Assembly: GCA_001275005.1 (NCBI GenBank)
Contig: JWZX01002034.1
Location: 1 to 32,585, forward strand
Origin: Chrysochromulina tobinii
Lineage: Eukaryota
Length of the DNA stretch: 32,585 nucleotides
Direction of reading: 5' to 3'
In this document: positions 29,444 through 32,585 of the stretch, piece after piece
Layout of the letters: the number at the start of each line of letters is the position of its first letter
Position numbering within the stretch: the first letter of the stretch is position 1
Notes under the pieces: generated by a model
What the model was told of the DNA's origin: nothing
Seen by the model: the letters and a program-made list of their open reading frames with translations, nothing else
The model's database searches: none
Position numbers and translations under genes: made by a program

Positions 29444-30565
29444 ATGGCCGCACCGTCCCAGGGCGCCGAGGACCCAGCCCCAGCGACGCCACCCGTACCT
29501 CGTATTGATTTACGCGCCTCCGGAACGCCGCGGCCCTCGAACAACATGTCGTCGCTGGAGACTTTGTCGAAGGAGGAGGTGAATGTATTGTTCAAAGAAA
29601 AAGCCACTGTAGACTTTGTGGCAAAGTCGAAGGCAGGTACGGAGGAAGGCTCGGACCTACCTTCGGTGGCAGGCGAGACCATTTCGTTTGATCAAGCTTT
29701 GCTATTTGATGAGAGCATGCTGAACTCATGGTTTCAAGAGGACAAGCTGCCGATTAGGGACCGCGCATTCTTGCTTCAGCATATGCGTCAGTTCAAAGAA
29801 TCCTTTGCTCATCAGTCAACTGAGGCCATCGAAAGTGAGCTCACAACCAAAATGCTGTTCGATGCTCTTCTCTTTGCGGTAGCGTTTACTGTTCCCACGG
29901 GAGTGGATCGTGCCGAGATGCAAGAGGCATGGATGGCGGACGATGAAAAATACAACGTCTCCAAAAAGCATCTTGGCAACTACGAAGTGATTCTTCTTGT
30001 GATGACCTACTTAGTTACCACTTCCACTGGAGTTGCTCTTATAGTTGGGTTTACCATCTATGGTTGTCTTCACTCTGCACGCCCATCGTCTATAGCGGAG
30101 GCCGACAAGTTCTACGCAATGTTTAGGGTTGCTTTTCGGCTCTCTTATGGATTCACATATGCAGCTATTCTACTAGCACCGTTTTCTTGCTTTGAGCTGC
30201 ACATAATCAAGTCGTCAAGTGAACCCACTCAATTTTTCTTCAGTGTTTATGGCTTCATTATTTACGGGGGGCTCGTCGTTTTCTTGGCGTGGAGTTTGTA
30301 TGCAGCGCGCAAATGGAAGGCTCACCTGAAAAGAACGAGAGCTGAATTTAAGACGCAGCTCGTTAAGGAGTACCTCGCCCAGGCCGCGTTGTACACGCCC
30401 CGCGGCCTGAAGCGCAGGGGTTCCTCGTTCTTCACGCCCCGCGGCCTGAAGCGCTCGGTAACCTCGTTGCTCAGCTCGCCCCGCGGCCCCAAGACTGACA
30501 CCCCCGCCTCTGAACGGACCGATTCGACTGCTGAGGCCGGCCACACCGGAGCACGCGGAAACTGA
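29444..30565 (+). CDS. SAM-like + 4-TM membrane protein, family copy C
   Basis: Intact ORF. ATG context CTCATGGCC is shared with copy B. Core is highly similar to copy A. Tail has duplicated TPRGLKR. Confidence 0.8.
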   Translation: MAAPSQGAEDPAPATPPVPRIDLRASGTPRPSNNMSSLETLSKEEVNVLFKEKATVDFVAKSKAGTEEGSDLPSVAGETISFDQALLFDESMLNSWFQEDKLPIRDRAFLLQHMRQFKESFAHQSTEAIESELTTKMLFDALLFAVAFTVPTGVDRAEMQEAWMADDEKYNVSKKHLGNYEVILLVMTYLVTTSTGVALIVGFTIYGCLHSARPSSIAEADKFYAMFRVAFRLSYGFTYAAILLAPFSCFELHIIKSSSEPTQFFFSVYGFIIYGGLVVFLAWSLYAARKWKAHLKRTRAEFKTQLVKEYLAQAALYTPRGLKRRGSSFFTPRGLKRSVTSLLSSPRGPKTDTPASERTDSTAEAGHTGARGN

Positions 30566-31233
30566 CCGCGGCGCAGCAGTCGGACGCGTCGTACCTTGCC
30601 ACGCAGCACAGCACACGACCGCACCGAGTAACAACCGCACCGAGGAACGAGTGACACGGCTGACAGCCTGACACTGATGAATGTTCTTCAAGTGCCAGTC
30701 GTTGCCTTGCACAGACTTCACACGTACCCAGTGAGTCGCGCGTGGGTCGCGCGATGACTTCGCAGACACAGTCGCATGGTTTGATGGGGGAGGAGGGGTG
30801 GGGGTCGCGGAGGTGGCGGCCGCGATAGTAGTCGCATGTGGTGTGACGGCCGCTCGTGAATTGCGCGGGTCTCTGGGACCGTCGCGCGGGTCTCTGAGAC
30901 CGTCGGTGACGGGGGAGGGGTGTGGTCAGGGTGTGGGGGTCGGAGGTGGCGGCCGCGATAGTAGGCGCATGTGGTGTGACGGCCGCTCGTGAATTGCGTG
31001 GGTCTCTGGGACCGTCGCGCGGGTCTCTGAGACCGTCGGACGTGACGGGGGAGGGGTGTGGGGGTCGGAGGTGGCGGCCGCGGTAGTAGTCGCATGTGGT
31101 GTGCCGACCGTGCGTTTGAATTGCGCGAGTCGCCGCGGTGCGCGCGACGGCAGCGGCGAGGATGAAGGGCCTCTTGCCGAAGGTATCGAAGTGAATGCGA
31201 TGAAGGTCCGGTAAGTTGCGTGTTCGGTTTGGT
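30566..31233. repeat. Shared 3' flank of the SAM-4TM family, copy C (3 sub-repeats)
   Basis: Reverse complement of the A and B flanks; GCATGTGGTGTG core present three times. Confidence 0.9.
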
Positions 31234-31585
31234 TTGATCTCCGTCTTCGCCCGGGGAGTCTTAGTCTGCGTCGCTGTGTGCAAAGGTTTCGTGACAACCC
31301 CTCTACCCTCGACGTGAGTCGCCGCGATACGAAGAAACCGGTAACCGCTTTATTCATGTGTTGCAGCCCGCACTGCGATCCGTGAGCGTGCTTACCCGTT
31401 ACCGCGTTCCGGATAAGTTCCGGATCCCGCGCGCCTAAACACCACGTCATCTGGCCGCTCGGAACGGCGCCGCGAAAAGTTGAAAAACGCTCTTTCCGAA
31501 ACTTGATCCGTGTTGCTTTTGGGAGCCCATCGCGAGTGCATCGCCCCGCTCGCAGTGCGCATCGTGCGGCTGCTGAGCGTCAAAG

Positions 31586-32044
31586 ATGGCTCCGAAGCCG
31601 TCCGGGAAGACGTCTCCCAAGAAGCCAACGCCAGGAGCGAACACACCCAAGCCGGGCAAGGACGCTGCCAAGAGCGGCAAGGATGAGAGCGAAACGGTGT
31701 CGCACGATGACGGTCCTGCTACGTTCGAGGCACCCAAGAGCATCGACGAAGCGCTGCAGCAGATCGACTTTGAAGGGCTGCCAACCACCGACACCGAAGC
31801 GGTCATCTCGCTTCTCCGGAAGAAGTGTGATGACATCGTTAAGATCTTTGCACACTACTCCAAGGTGTCCGAGTGGCGGACACCCAGCGGAGTCATCGAC
31901 TACGGAGTAGCGAAGACGGTTGAGCTGGCGTGCCGCATGCGCCTCAGCGGCTTTAAGAAGCTGATCAAGGAGGCAGGTCTCGAGCTCAAGGTGTACGACA
32001 TCGGCCAGATGTCTCGCCTCTTCAACCTCAAGGGCGGCGCCAAG
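31586..32044 (+). CDS. First exon of a gene continuing beyond the window (weak p25-alpha/EF-hand-like similarity)
   Basis: MAPKPSGK...IVKIFAHYSK...MRLSGFKKLIKEAGL...; likely donor AAG|GTACGC at 32045, after which protein-like composition is lost. Confidence 0.65.
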
Positions 32045-32551
32045 GTACGCACACGCACACTGCCGTGCCCGCCGCATATGCGCCACACTCGAACGCTGCG
32101 CGGAAAGGTGGCGGAACGCAGGGACCAGCGCGCAGAGCCCACGGCGGCATCTAGCCCGGCTGTGCCGGGATCAAGCGCTGGCGGCAGGGGCCATCTCAAG
32201 ACAGTTGCGCTCCATCGTGGGCGCGTCAGCGTCGGCAGCTCCCGTGCCCAGCTAGAGAGATCTCCCTACGCGAGAGCTCCGTGGCCGAGGCCGCGAGTGG
32301 CGGCCGGGCTGACCACCGCGCGGCCATCTCCCAGCCTGGGCCGGGCGAGACGCTGTGGCGGGTGCCCGGGATGGCGCTTGAGTGCCCCAGGGCTTGGCCA
32401 CGGCGACGCGCTTGGCCACGCGCGACGGGAACGAACCTATGCTCTCAGTGGCCGTGGCGCGCTGCGCGAGCTCGCCGACCCTCTCTCATGCTGGGGGCGT
32501 GTGGTCCTTGCCCTCTGGCGTGCTACATGCTGACGACGCGTGCTGCGCTCC

Positions 32552-32552
<1 letters not shown>

Positions 32553-32585
<33 letters not shown>
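32553..32585. repeat. Poly-C tract at the window end
   Basis: 33 consecutive C; may be intronic or an assembly artefact. Confidence 0.85.

Noticed and set aside
32045..32533. C-terminal half of the 315-aa ORF at 31586
   Set aside because: Follows a likely splice donor and reads as low-information Arg/Ala/Gly; probably intronic.

Overview
GC-rich, gene-dense eukaryotic DNA with short GT-AG introns. The Lhcx gene, GTGCGC-type donors and an introner-like intron suggest a haptophyte-type alga (inference). Host-like genes: a TKL-type kinase 3' end, a SAM-like + 3x CS protein, BCAS2/SPF27, a DUF2505-like + SHOCT protein, proteasome beta-7 (PSMB4), an MBOAT acyltransferase, a CxxC-less thioredoxin-like protein, an F-box-like protein, a TBC Rab-GAP apparently fused to a copine/RGLG vWA domain, and Lhcx. 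Three things stand out. (1) A 3.57-kb element (8737-12303) with identical split direct repeats A1...B1-A2-B2, the Ngaro/PAT arrangement. It holds a frameshifted tyrosine-recombinase relic with two tandem arrays expanded inside it and has no visible RT. (2) A three-copy, AT-rich SAM-like + 4TM gene family with a shared 3' flank; one copy has captured the promoter and first 14 codons of the gene at 31586. (3) An intron flanked by a 7-bp direct repeat with an internal AG|GT site. All calls were made by eye; no searches were run.
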